A stretch of DNA of 64,000 nt. Origin: Macrostomum lignano (lineage: Eukaryota). Numbering within the stretch: position 1 is the stretch's first letter; each line of letters begins with the position of its first letter. Below, in pieces: positions 24,601 to 37,210 of the stretch. The notes beneath the pieces are model-generated. The model was given only the letters and a program-made list of their open reading frames with translations. It did not search any database and was not told where the DNA came from. The DNA is taken from positions 62,001 to 126,000 of the forward strand of contig NIVC01000687.1 in the NCBI GenBank assembly GCA_002269645.1, read 5' to 3'. The position numbers and the translations under genes are program-made.

Positions 24601-27600
24601 CTGGCCTGATTGCCCGAATCGGCGAATCTGCAGCAAGCAGCTCGAGATGTCGTTCAATAAGTCGCGAGTTTATCAAGGAACTTGACAAAAACAAACTGGT
24701 CTATAAAACAGAAATTGTTCTTTACACAGACATGCAAAAGTTGCCCAGATAACATTTTTTATCAAAATTTTAAAATAGGAGCTAAATCTGCAAGCAAGTT
24801 TTTAACCTTCAAAATTATTTTCTTTTTAAAATTTTTGGAATTTCTATTATAATTCTTTTGAAAAAAGCAAAGTTTAAAATAAAGCTAATAGTTCCCAGAA
24901 TTTGAACTTTAACTGTCAGCAGCAACAAATTACTTGTTTGTGTTGTTTTAATCTCATTCTTTTTGTCGGATGAAGAGTGCGTTAAATAAAATGCCTGGAG
25001 CAAGACGCTCAATCATTAGTGGGATGAAGCTATTGAAGAGACTGACTGTTCATTGTCCCTGGCCCAAAGAGGGGGAATTGGGGTCGAAATCAATCATTTC
25101 AACGTACGGTTGCGCAAGCTTTCGACCCATGGGAAATAGCAGGTCTCATCAGACAAACACGAATACGAAGGATTTAGTGAGCATAGCAGTGGCTTTTACT
25201 AGAGGCAGGGGGCTGTGCGCAGCTTGGCGCACTTCAAGCGAAATTGTCACACAACCGACGAGGGGCATTGCTGCTCATTCTATGTGAGGCACACACTCAC
25301 ATAGGAGATTCCGATTTTGCTCCAAATTAATGTGACTGCATTCGGAATCGAGCCTGGGCTCCTCGCGCTGGACCACTCTATGGCGCTCCACAGAACTCCA
25401 TTTGGGCCATAGACAATAAGCAGCAAGTCTGCAATGGCTTGGTTCCCTCACTAAGTGTTAAATTGCCGGTTTTCTGAGGCTCAATTCGAAAATAAAATGT
25501 TTGAATATTTAATAATATACAATAATTTATTACACCTGGCCTAAAAGCAGATGTGCAACCGACAGCTTAGCGCATCTGAAGGCTGCGTACGGCTGTTCAG
25601 TCCAAGGACTGGAGGGGGGTCACCACACACCCCCAATTACCCCAGCGAATGCTGGAACCCATTTTACTGCTGCTGGGTAAACTGAAGCGATGCAGAGAGT
25701 TAAGTGGTCTTGCTCAAAGACACAAATTGTTCCAGTGGGATCGAGAATAGAACCTCCGACTTTCAAGTCGTAAGTCCGACGCTTTAACCACTAGGCTACT
25801 AGTACAACTCCCATTATTATGCTTCCAATAAGCAACCTGTGTCACAGCCTCTATATATCTTGTGAAAGTTCTATTAAGTAAAATTTATTTCAATGTCTCA
25901 TACAAATGACACACCTGGTCAGTCTGGGCTCCGGACAGCGGCTCGCGCAGTCGCACCTGAACCTCAAGCCGGCCGCCAACCGCCTTTCTGCCATCCATGA
26001 GATCAATGCCCCGGTGCAACGTGCACTGGGTCTCCAGGTCCTCCAGCTTCATTGTGGCCGACCCCAGCAGGCCGTCCTTCTTCAGAAAGCCACGCCGGTA
26101 CATGACATCGAATTTCAGTCCGCGAGTTTTGAACACCCGAGCGGTGCTGCGCGCTTTGCGGTTCACCTCGAAGCGGGTGGCGAAATCGTAGCTGGGATTG
26201 GCGCTGGCCTTCACCCAGCCCGTGCTCTGCGTCAGCGGCGACTCCGTGCTGATTGGCAGCTCGATTTTCACCTGCGGGGGTTGGTGGAATCTGCATTGAA
26301 TAGGGGATCAGGTTTGAGCTCTTAAACCAGCAGGTGAGATGGGGATGGCAAACCGGCAGGAGAGATGGGGATAGCAAACCGGCAGGTGAGATGGGGATGG
26401 CAAACCTACAGGTGAGATGGGGATGGCAAACCTACAGGTGAGATGGGGATGGCAAACCAGCAGGTGAGATGGGGATGGCAAACCAGCAGGTGAGATGGGG
26501 ATGGCAAACCAGCAGGTGAGATGGGGATGGCAAACCTACAGGTGAGATGGGGATGGCAAACCAGCAGGTGAGATGGGGATGGCAAACCAGCAGGTGAGAT
26601 GGGGATGGCAAACCAGCAGGTGAGATGGGATGGCAAACCTACAGGTGAGATGGGGATGGCAAACCAGCAGGTGAGATGGGGATGGCAAACCAGCAGGTGA
26701 GATGGGATGGCAAACCTACAGGTGAGATGGGGATGGCAAACCAGCAGGTGAGATGGGGATGGCAAACCTGCAGGTGAGTTGGTGAGGAGGGTATGGCCAT
26801 TGAGGAGCAATACCTTACCTGAGTCTCCAGATCTGACTCCTTAAAGCCTTCAGGCAGCGGCAGGCTGATGCCATTGAGCACTTTCACTTCAAGCGTGTTC
26901 TCCCCCAGATCCGGGTTGCACCTGACTGCGCTGACACTCTGCCAGATGAAGTTGAACTTCGGCGGCGGCCGCTTCAGCCGGCGCTGGCCCAGCAGGTAGT
27001 CCAGATCTGCGGTGGCGCTGCGGCCCAGCTTCGCCCAGCGGTCAGCAGTGGCGATTTGGCCCATGGATTTGAAGCGCCTGGCGTTCTCCTCGGCCAGGGC
27101 CAGCTTCTCCTGCGGGGGGAGGGGGCGGGCGTCCCAGAGTCACTTCAGAGTCGTTGCAGGTAGCACAGGTAAAATACGAAAGAAGTGACTTAATTTAAAC
27201 GACACTTGGTGCCAATTTGAGAAACTGTTTATTGTCTGAGACTCTTGTCTGAGACTCTGTCTGAGACGTTTCTATAACGACTTTTGAGGACGTATCTGAT
27301 TGGTATTTGAGACGTCACTTTATTGAATTAGAATCGCATTTCGCATTTATAACAACTCGATTTATTCTACTTGAGAAATGGCTCTTTAGCGATTCTTGTT
27401 GCGGTAAGACGATACTTTTAATGGGGAGACGAGAGAGAGAGTGAGAGAAGAGAGGGCGAGAGGAGAGGATTAGAGGAGAGGGGAGGGGACAGGGGAGGGT
27501 GAGAGGAGAGGGGAGGAGACAGGGGATGAAGAGGAGAGGGGAGGGGACAGGGGAGGGTGAGAGGAGAGGGGAAGAGACAGGGGAGGGTGAGAGGAGAAGG

Positions 27601-30600
27601 TGAGAGGGGAGGGTGAGAAGAGAGGGGAGGAGACAGGGGATGGAGAGGAGAGGGGAGGGGACAGGGGAGGGTGAGAGGAGAGGGGAGGAGACAGGGGATG
27701 AAGAGGAGAGGGGAGGGGACAGGGGAGGGTGAGAGGAGAGGGGAAGAGACAGGGGAGGGTGAGAAGAGAGGGGAGGAGACAGGGGATGGAGAGGAGAGGG
27801 GAGGGGACAGGGGAGGGTGAGAGGAGAGGGGAAGAGACAGGGGATGGAGAGGAGAGGGGAGTGGACAGGGGAGGGTGAGAGGAGAGGGGAGTGGACAGGG
27901 GAGGGTGAGAGGAGAGGAGAAGGCGAGAGGGGAGGATGAGAGGAGAGGGGAGGGGACAGGGGAGGGTGAGAGGAGAGGGGAAGAGACAGGGGAGGGTGAG
28001 AGGAGAAGGCGAGAGGGGAGGGGACAGGGGAGGGTGAGAGAAAGAGAGAAATAGGAGTATCACTTTTGCGAATAATAAATCAGGAAGTGGATGCCTAAAA
28101 CAGAATCAAATGCCAGAGGACAAAGGAGAGAAGGTCAAGGGTGCATTGAGTCTTTTCAAAGCAGAGGTTGCAAGCTTCAGGCCTGCATAACAAGTACAAA
28201 AGCGACGCGATACCTTGAGTGTCTTCTCCAGCGCGTCGTACACCGCCTCGGGATCTTTCAAAGCGTTGCCCTGCAGTTCCTTGGGCAGCTCGGACACTTC
28301 GCAGATGACAGCAGCGGATGGCGCAGCGGCGGGGGCGGCGGCAGCGGCAGCCGGTGCGGCAGATTCGCCAGGCAGAGGAGGCAGCTGAGCCAGGTCAACA
28401 GGCAGGCCAGCTTGAGCAGCCTGCAGCATCGGTTCGCAGCCTCTGGCGTAGCCCAGCATTCGCTTGGCGGTGGCCATGTCGCCAGTTCGCTTAGCCTGAA
28501 ACCAATTTTGCTACTGATAGTAATACGCAACGGGTTTCACTTGCTGTAGAGTCGCTACAGATTCCAGGTGGATTCTACATACAGGCTGTAAGAAAGCAGG
28601 GCTGAATAGAGACTTGTTGTAAGCGTATGTGCCAACGGCCCAGGCTCGATTCCAAGTGCAGTCACATTAATATGAAGCTAAATTAGAATCTCGGCTTGGC
28701 TCTGCGCGTGAAAATGGATGTCCTTGAGGGCCAACCCCAAGGCTCAGTGAAGTCTACATGTCTATAACGATTAAGAAAAGTTAGGGCCGCTGTACACTCC
28801 TGTGTGACAGTGTGTGCCTGTGCGTATGACTGCGTACGCATCCGCGCGCTTGTGTGCCTGCTCAGGGGAGTCGGCCAGAATGGGCAGCAATGCCTCTCGC
28901 CGGTTGTGAGGCAACGCCACTTAAAGTGCGCCAGGGTGCGTCAAGCCCCCTGCCTCTAACTATAACTAGCCCTGAGCATGCCTGAGCACATAAAAGTACA
29001 CCAATACTGTAGACCAGGCTCTCACCTGCACAGCGGCCAGTTTATACTGCTGCTGTCGCTGCATCAGCACCCGCAGCTGGGCGCCCGCCTTGCCGCCCAT
29101 GGCTGTTGCTGCTGCGGCGGCAGCGGCGCCAGCAGACGCTCCAGACGATCCGGCAGATTTTGCGGCAGCAGCCGGAGCGGCGGCTGGCAGCGGGCCAAAG
29201 CCAGGCGGAGGCGGCAGAGAGGAGAAGTCGTAGCCTGCGGCAGTCGGACCGCCCGCTCGCACGGCTGCGACAGCCTCAGCGTACTGCGACAGAATGCGGC
29301 CCATGCGCCGGGCCTTGCCGGAGTCGCCGGCCTCCTGCGCCTTCGTCTGCAGCTGCTTGTAGGCCGCCTGGCGGGCCGCCAGCTCCCCGGCGAGGCCTCC
29401 GCCAGAGGCGCTGGGTTTCGCTGCCGCAGGTTGAGCAGCCGGTTGCTGCTGTTGCTGCTGCTGAGGCGGCTGAGCTGCTTGAGGGGCCGGTGGCTTCGGT
29501 GTCAGCGGCGGCGGAGGTCCGGGCACGTCGTCGGGATCGACAGTTTCGCCGCCTTGAACGGCCTTGACCGCCTCGTCGAACTGGCGGTGCACGCGGAGCA
29601 GCTCGAGCGCCTCCTCGGTCTGGCCAGCGGATTTTGCGGCAGCGGCGGCCGCGCGGTACTCGCGAGACCGCTGCTCAAGCAGGGCCACCATCTTCGGGCC
29701 GCCCACGCCAGTTGAAGCGGCAGGCGGCGCCGCCGGGCCCGGGTTGACATAATCCAGCACCGCCTGCTGCACTTTGGCCGCCTGAGACTGCGGCTGAGAC
29801 GGCTGCGGGGGCTTCGGAGGCTGGGGCGGCAGCGAGTCCACGTCAACAGGGCGACCGCTGCGAGCATCAGTCATGGCTGAGTTCAACGTCTGCACGTTGC
29901 GCTCCAACCGGCGTCGTTTCGACGGGTCTTCGGTGGCGGCCAGCAGGCGCTGGTAGCCGGCGAGGCGTTCGGAAATCAGAGCGGACAGGTCCGGCTTCGG
30001 CGGCGAAGGCTGCCGCGGCGGTGGCGGTGGCTGGGGCGACTTTGAAGGCGAGCGGCCGGGTGATGGCGAACTACCGCCCAGGTAGCCCTGTGGCATGAAA
30101 TATACGAAGGGTGTCCCAGAAGTACAAGCTGTGTCACTCTGGTTAATTTGTTTATATTGGCCAAGTAGTCCAAGGACTGGGGGGGGGGGGGGGGGGTCCA
30201 AGGACTGAATGTGCCCTACTGCGTATCAACATGTCTCGATGTGCCTTAAGCATTACAAAGTGCCGCCTTAAGATTGACATCTGTTTCGGATTCTGTTGAT
30301 TTATCAAGTTCTCTATCTTACTATAGCTTTTTGCGTTCAAGTTCAGAAAACTTGCGTTCAATTTAAGATCGCGCTGAGTTGAAATAACAATTTAACTGAC
30401 AGACAGATCGCAGGAAGGATCGAACAGCGATCAAAGATGAAAGGTCTCTAACATGAACAAAGGCAAAGTCTATGGTTCTCAAACTGAACGCTAAAACGGT
30501 TTCGGCCCACAGCGAGACCCCCATTTTTTACCATAGACATCTCTGCCAGCCGCCACTTGCAGCCAATGTGGCCATGCTCACTTCAAATTCTTAAATTGAG

Positions 30601-32511
30601 TGCAATTGAACTCCTAGACTTTTTTGACCCTCAATAACCATCTTTGGCCCCTCTGCCTCTCCAGTGGATGTCTGTCTACCATGATTTTTCCATGGAGGAA
30701 AGAATAGAATGGAGTGCTAATCTGAGCCAGTTATTTTTATCTCGCTCGATTTTCGCTTTTAACATCCCTTTCCCCCCGTTCCTTCCTATTGGCTGAAAGC
30801 ATATTTTGATGCGAGCTCATACTATGCTGGGACAGACCTTTCAGAGGGGAACGAAAACGAAAACGAGACGAAAAATACTGTCTATGGCAGTCACGAGCCA
30901 ATAGGAAAGAACGGGGGGAAAGGGATGTTAAAAGTTCAGATCGAACGAGATAAAAAATAACTGGCTTAGATTAGCACTCCATTCTATTCTTTCCTCCATG
31001 GATTTTTCCCACAGACTATCATAACCGTTACTTTAAAAGTAGAAAGCATGCATCTTTTTATTGATTTCAATTTAACAGTCTTGATTGACGGAAATGATAT
31101 TGATATAATTAGATAGTTGTTTAACGTAGGATATTTCTAATGAAAATCAGTTTCATTAAGAAAATTTGATGGAGTTCGGTTTCACGGAGAGGATCTCGAT
31201 GATTTTTACGGTTTCACTGAGAGGATTTTTGATGGATTTTAGTTTCATGAAGAAAATTTGATTGTAATGATTGTAGTCATTTTTGTGATAGGTCAGAGAT
31301 AAAGTTGGGGGGGGGTTGCATACGCCCATTCAAGTTATTATTTCAGTAATTTCAGTAATGGAGGAGGCGGGTAACAAATTTCAATTGGTTTTATTGTCGA
31401 GCACCTTCAGTTAGCTAGATAAGAGAGTAGAGAGGAGTAAAAACAGAAAAGAGGAGAGATGATAGAAAAGAGAGTAAAGTGATTAGAGATGACAGATGGG
31501 AGAGAAGAGGGGAGTGAGGTGGGAATGAAGAGGGAGAGAGAAGAGAAGAGGAGAGAGAATAGAGAGTAGAGGGAAGAAACGAGAGAGCAGGAGAAAGGAG
31601 ATGAGAAATAGCAGAGAGGAGACAGGACAGATGAGAGGAGGGATAAAAGAGTACAGAGGAAATAGGAGAGAGGAGAGATCGGAGAGAGGAGAGAGGAGAG
31701 AGACGAGAGATGAAAGATCAGATAGATGAGAGAGATACGAGAGTAGAGAGGAGAAAGTAATAAGGAGAAAGAATAGGATCAAGATGAGAGCGCAGAGAGG
31801 AGAGATGAGAGATGAGAGAGAAAAGAGGAGAGATCAGACAGCAGGCTGGGTCTGGAGCAAACAGGGAAATTAAGATATGGTATTTGAAAACGTTTCGTAT
31901 AGGAATTGGAGACGATTTGGAAGATGGGATTTAAGTCATGGAATTTCAGCTGATGGATTTCAGGGAATATAGTTCCGGTAATGGGAGTTCTTCCCCTAAT
32001 CCCCTTTCTCCTCCGAAGGAGGAGTTCCACTCGTGTGAAGCCGAAGCTCTATTGAAAATGTATGCAGACATGATTATTGAGCCACAGCATTGGCTGCCGA
32101 CTTGTACTTGTGTAGTTGACAGAGAGAAACTGAGGGGTGGTGATCTGTCTCTACTCAATCCAACGCACACTTGAGTTATTCCATAACCCGTACCTGAAGC
32201 TCATTAAGCAGTTCGGGATCATTCTCATCAACGTCGATGTCCTCATCGTCCGGCAGATCGTCATCGGCAGCAGCAGCCAGGGGCCGCGTCTTGGCCTTCG
32301 CGGCGGCGGCGGCAGCAGGTGCTCGGCGCTTCTCTGGCGACGGCGTGGAGCTGTTACCACCGCCGAGCAGGTCGTTCAGTTCGGCCTCGAGGTCCGCGTC
32401 CTCTTCAACTCGGCCGTAGAGGCCCTCTTCGATCTGCTGCTGAGAGTTCAGGCCCAGGCCGCCCAGCAGGTTGGCCGTCATCTCATTCTTGGTGGGCTTG
32501 CGGCCCGCCAT
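21642..32511 (-). CDS. CC2D1: Coiled-coil and C2 domain-containing protein 1 / lethal(2) giant discs-like (911 aa; exons 32511-32194, 30087-29026, 28495-28214, 27109-26819, 26271-25915, 22067-21642)
   Basis: N-terminal DADLEAELNDLLG motif. Four DM14-like repeats (e.g. LEQRSREYRAAAAAAKSAG...FDEAVKAVQGGETVDPDDVPGPP). C2 domain with GLKFDVMYRRGFLKKD and MDGRKAVGGRLEVQVRLREPL. All six exons join in phase 0 with GT-AG introns. Confidence 0.9.
22130..22470 (+). mobile_element. Full-length tRNA-derived SINE family 1 with a CORE-like central domain
   Basis: TAGCCTAGTGG A-box and GGTTCGATTCC B-box. TGTGTCCTCGAGCAAGACACTTAACTC...CTGTAAAAT resembles the MIR/CORE domain. Includes (GT)n and the shared 3' tail. 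Confidence 0.75.
23228..24609 (+). CDS. Secreted PAN/apple + FReD protein FReD-B2 (281 aa; exons 23228-23294, 23410-23631, 23954-24082, 24182-24609), nested antisense in the last CC2D1 intron
   Basis: Signal peptide MPHFLLAVGFSLCLLTVVSA; PAN and FReD motifs; GT-AG introns; total 846 nt. Confidence 0.92.
26325..26775. repeat. 26-bp minisatellite in CC2D1 intron 4 (native copy, about 17 units)
   Basis: Same unit, with 25-bp and CTACAGG variants. Confidence 0.95.
27430..28050. repeat. Purine-rich degenerate tandem repeat (GGAGAGGAGAGGGGAGG...ACAGGG) in CC2D1 intron 3
   Basis: Nearly pure G/A tract with a recurring unit of roughly 25-27 nt. Confidence 0.9.
28640..28958 (+). mobile_element. SINE family 2 copy in CC2D1 intron 2
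   Basis: Reverse-complement homology to 14030-14300. Confidence 0.65.
30691..31000. mobile_element. 310-bp MITE with about 100-bp terminal inverted repeats and an 8-bp target-site duplication (hAT- or P-like non-autonomous element)
   Basis: Ends CATGGAGGAAAGAATAGAATGGAGTGCTAATCT / AGATTAGCACTCCATTCTATTCTTTCCTCCATG. GATTTTTC flanks both sides (30683-30690 and 31001-31008). Confidence 0.92.
31140..32034 (+). mobile_element. 3' portion of the Helitron-like element family in CC2D1 intron 1
   Basis: Contains the 30-bp internal repeat, the purine tract and the terminus CTCCTCC-GAA-GGAGGAG TTCCACTCGT, as in 57101-63815. Confidence 0.75.
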
Positions 32512-32526
32512 GCTGCAGGCGGGAGG

Positions 32527-33195
32527 CGGGTAGGGGCGATTCTTGAACTGGTAGGGGCGATTCTTGATCGGATAGGGGCAATTCTTCAGCTGGTAGGGGC
32601 GATTCTTGAGCGGGTAGGGGTGATTCTTGATCGGATAGGGGCGATTCTTGATCGGATAGGGGCGATTCTTGAGCTGGTAGGGGCGATTCTTGATCGGGTA
32701 GGGGCGATTCTTGATCGGGTAGGGGCGATTCTTGAGCGGGTAGGGGCGATTCTTGATCGGGTAGGGGCGATTCTTGATCGGGTAGGGGCGATTCTTGATC
32801 GGGTAGGGGCGATTCTTGAGTTGGTAGGGAAGATTTTTGAACTGGTAAGAGCGATTCTTAAGCGGGTAGGGGCGATGATTCTCAGGGTAGGATAGTGGCG
32901 ATTTTCAGTGTAGGATAGTGGCGATTCTCAGGGTAGGATAGTGGCGATGGGTAGGATACGGGGATTATCAGCGTAGAATAGTGGCGATTCTCAGGGTAGG
33001 ATAGGGGCGATTCTCATGGTAGGATAAGGGCGATTCTCAGGGTAGGATAAGGGCGATTCACAGGGTAGAATAAGGGCGATTCTCAGGGTAGGATAAGGGC
33101 GATTCTCAGGGTAGGATAAGGGCGATTCTCAGGGTAGGATAAGGGCGATTCACAGGGTGGGATAGTGGCGATTTGCAGGGTAGGATAGGGGCAAT
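32527..33195. repeat. 21-bp then 23-bp minisatellite (GGGTAGGGGCGATTCTTGATC / GGGTAGGATAAGGGCGATTCTCA) directly upstream of the CC2D1 acceptor
   Basis: Tandem periodicity; explains the RVGAILD-repeat ORF. Confidence 0.9.
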
Positions 33196-34283
33196 TTTTA
33201 AGAGTTGGACAGCTGTACTTTTAGGACTAGTGGTAATTAAGCTATTAAAACCTTTAATAGAACTAAATAATGCTTAATTAAAGATAAAAACATATGAGTA
33301 GAACTAGGAACACAGTAGTTGAGTAGAAACTCAAACATTAATTTATTGCATACAGACAGAGCAGTAAAGTTGACACTGCAGTGTCATCAAGTTAGTTATA
33401 ATTAACAAAATAACCGCTCGTAAACAATCGGAATAAAAATATTTTAGCAATACTCGGCAGTCCCAAATAAAAGTTCTGATAAAAACTGTACAAATTATGA
33501 GAGAAGTACCATGCATTTGAGTAACCGTTAGGCCCTAGACTGGTCCTAGACTCGAGCCTGGAATCGCCTGACCCACTGTATATTCAAACTAAACAATTGT
33601 TAAAGGAGAATCACAAAGTAAATATGAAGACATATTCGAAATTGGATAATTAAAGCACAAACTACTCACACAATGGAATATTGAATAGTAAGTTATACAT
33701 TACATTGTCATAATTTGTTCAACATTTCTCTATTATCACGAAAAGTAGATAGAAATTGCTTTCCGAGGATTCGTTTAACTCAATCAAAATTTATATTACT
33801 GTTAGTAGCTGAAACGCACGTAGCTACTATTTTAGGTAAGGAATTCTGTAAGTCCAATTGTTTACTAAATTGAAACCTGTTGACAATCAGTGAGAAAAAT
33901 CACTTGCTATGCACAGAGAAGAACGCATACTGTGCATAAAAAGAGGAGAGAATATTCAATAATACACACAAGAATAGACAAAAATTAACAAAACAGCTTA
34001 ATCGGCAAACACAATATAAAACTCAAGTCGGTCAGTATTTGGGAATAAAAAATATTCAAGATCATAGCATCAATTGTGTAATATCCAGTTTACATCTACA
34101 TTAGCATACAAAATGTAACATTGTTACCTTATTTAGGAAAATCAGCGCAAACAACATTTAATCCTATAAGCCCCATCAATTTAATGCTCGCTTGAGTATT
34201 TTGACTAGTGAAAACTACTAATAGTAAGATGATGCAGAGATAGTAATTCTGCCAGGCTACAAATAATGTACTTTAATGATGAT

Positions 34284-35194
34284 TCAAATAGGCAACGACT
34301 GGCCTCCCTGTTGAGTCATTGACGAAGCCGAAGAGCATGATGACGAAGAATTCTGAGCTTGATGATGCTGATGCTGATGAAGCAGCTGATGCTGATTGGG
34401 GCTGCTGGCTGAGTGGCCAGCCATACTAATGGTGACGCTGATGCCCAGGTTGCCGGTCTCAGCGAACAGAGAGGCGATGTTGGAGTCGAACACCAGGCAG
34501 TCCGAGTTGGCGATGGCCGCCTGCACACCGTCGTGAATTGACCGCGGCGTCGCCTCCCAGGTGAGCCGGCGGCGCTGGCCGTTGAGCTCCAACCGGTAGG
34601 CGAACTGGTCCGCCTGTTTGCGATTGCCGATGAGCTGCACAATGGCGTAGAACATCACCTGGTTCTCCAGGCTGCGCTCCTGCTTCTCCAGCACCAGCAT
34701 GAAGTTGTAGCCGAAGCAGCTCTGCATCATCACCCAGTCCACTGCGCCTGGCAGGTTGATGTCTGTGGCCAGGAAGATGATGTCCTCTCCCTGCAGGGTC
34801 GTGATGCTCTTGTGCTGCTGGGTCAGGTGATTCATCACCTGGGCGAGGATTGCAGGGGAACTGATTGAGAGACAGACAGACACAATTGTCATTTGTTCTG
34901 TTTAACACAGTAATTAATATGCTGATTAGTATAATTGCATCATAACTGTGTCAACTGTGCCAAAGGACAGTTAAACAAAAATTAAAAATGTGATAATCGG
35001 AATAGTAGTAGCGTAGAGGCACAGTTGGCAGAATTGCAGACTTTGCTAGGACAATTATTTTTCAGAATAAAACAGACAGACAGACAGACATATAGACAGA
35101 CAGACAGAGAGACAGAGAGACGAGAGACAGACAGACTGATAGACAGACAGAGAGACAGACAGACTGATAGACAGACAGAGAGACAGACAGACAT

Positions 35195-35269
<75 letters not shown>

Positions 35270-35426
35270 TACAGACAGACAGACACTAAGACAGACAGAC
35301 AGACAGACAATATGTCACACGGACACTATGACAGACGGACACTATGACACACGAACACAATCACAGACAGACAGACAGACAGATAGACAGATAGACAGAC
35401 AGACAGACAGACAGACAGCCAGAAAC

Positions 35427-35480
<54 letters not shown>

Positions 35481-36119
35481 GAACAGACAGAGGCGCAGGC
35501 TCACCTGCTCCAGAGAGCCCTGCCACTTGCAGCTGGCGCCGGGACACGGGCAGGTGTACGGCCTGAACTCGCAGACGTCCTCATGCTCAGTTTTGCTGGT
35601 GTGCAGGAAGCAGTCGGAGCAGCCGTTATTCACATACTTGCAGGGGAACAGCACCTGGGCGGCCAGCTTGTCCATGATCAGATTGCGGATGTTGGCCAGC
35701 GGTCCCCGGCAGGTCGGGCAGCTGCTCAGCTTGGAGCGGCAGGCGGCGCAGACAATGTGACCGGCCTGGCACTGCAGGATGGGCGGCAGGGCGAAGTCGA
35801 AGCAGACGGGGCACTCGAACAGCGACGCCAGCTCGAGATTGTGCGCCGGGTCGGCGGCGGCGGCGGCCGCGGCAGCAACAGCGGCGGCCACAGTTGATGA
35901 GGAGCCGCCAACTGCAGAGGCAGCGGCCGCGCCTCCGCCTACGCCAACCACAGCCGCGGTGGGCGGAGCTGCTGAACCTGACATCGGCTTGCCGCTGACA
36001 AACCCGACGGGGTGGTGGCCACCGCCTCCGTCCGCTGTTGAAGCACTGGAGGAAGCGGCAGCCTGACGGGCAATCAAGGAAGCGGACTTGCTATTGGAGC
36101 TCGGGTGAATTTTGCTCAT
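34284..36119 (-). CDS. SIAH: Seven-in-absentia (SIAH) E3 ubiquitin ligase (389 aa; exons 36119-35505, 34838-34284)
   Basis: [42 protein letters not shown], zinc fingers, and the substrate-binding domain [28 protein letters not shown]...[11 protein letters not shown]. Confidence 0.97.
35070..35490. repeat. (GACA)n microsatellite in the SIAH intron
   Basis: Direct observation. Confidence 0.97.
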
Positions 36120-37210
36120 GCTGTGCAGGGCGCCACTGGAATTTGGTGGGCAGACATTGAGCTGCTTTGCAGACTGGCGGGTCTCATTTCTGTGTTGAAT
36201 ATTACACTATATATTGCAGGCGACATGGTCCCAGCGCTGACAGCAATTCTGCCCATCCAACTGACTCATGAGCAATCGTAAGCCAATACACAGACACGCA
36301 CTCTAACGCCTTAACTTTCCAAAGGGCGCTCCGCTCATCCTATCTATAGCATCCTAAGAATCGTCTACTCTAGTCTAAGAGAAGCAAAGAAAAAACGGAA
36401 AAAAGTGAAACAATATCGTGTACTTCTATAGTTTTATAAAATAATGAAGAGTCATCAACTTTCTAGGCGCAATGGTCAACATGTTTGCACGCATTAAAAA
36501 GAGTACATTTAAATTAGCAAGCTTAGTAAATTTGTTATCAGTTATGGCATCAAAAAATTAAGCCGTAAATTGTAGGCACTTGATAAAAACGACAAAAAAT
36601 AGCGATACGTACTACTTAGTGTCTGTGAGAAGTCGTAGCATTGCATGTATAAATACGAAAGCTGCTTCGTGAAACAAGAACAGAAAAAAGCCTCTATGAT
36701 CAGTAGAAAAATTTTAATTTACAAGGGGTATAAAATAGAAAATTTCGTTGTGTCAAAAAAGTATAAAGCTGTGCGAAGAATAATTTATAAGGCACTTGTA
36801 AATATTCGCAAATTTAAGATACTACTTGAAGTGCGAGTTTTAGTAGTATCTCAAAAAACTCGATGAAAGAATAAGAGTTTGGTCTTTTTTAAGAATATTG
36901 GTTTAGCACTAATCTTAATACAATACTGAGCTTTTGAGTCGGTGTACTTTACTAACAAACCTGTAAAGTATGTGCACTTTTACTATTATACTATCTGATG
37001 TGTCAGGTGACAGTTCATTATGTACTTTTAAAATCTATACATGAGCTGACAAACAACCCTGTGTACTTTAGAACGACGCGACACTATCGGAGTAATCAAT
37101 GTGTACTTTTACATGTCTATAAAGTACATGTACTTTTATGGCGTAATCCAGTCTATCAAGTATTTGTACTTTCTACAAGACTATCCGAGCTGTCAAACAA
37201 GCATTACGCA

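Larger units (their letters stand above)
1..26775. repeat. Tandem segmental amplification, at least 3 units (W: <1-2169; X: 2170-16296; Y: 16297-26775)
   Basis: Position 1 onward matches 14081 onward and about 25250 onward. The junction sequence at about 2169 and 16296 is identical. Gene order repeats: FReD-A, CC2D1 terminal exon, FReD-B, CC2D1 C2 exon, 26-bp array. Confidence 0.95.

Noticed and set aside
1-26775. Whole amplification as an assembly artefact
   Set aside because: Units differ by insertions, array sizes, a promoter swap and strongly diverged B genes, and share a novel junction. Long-read confirmation is still advisable.
28978-29867. Antisense and alternative-frame ORFs over GC-rich exons (also over SIAH, WDR18 and the FReD exons)
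   Set aside because: These are shadow ORFs expected from high GC3 codon usage, with no recognisable motifs.
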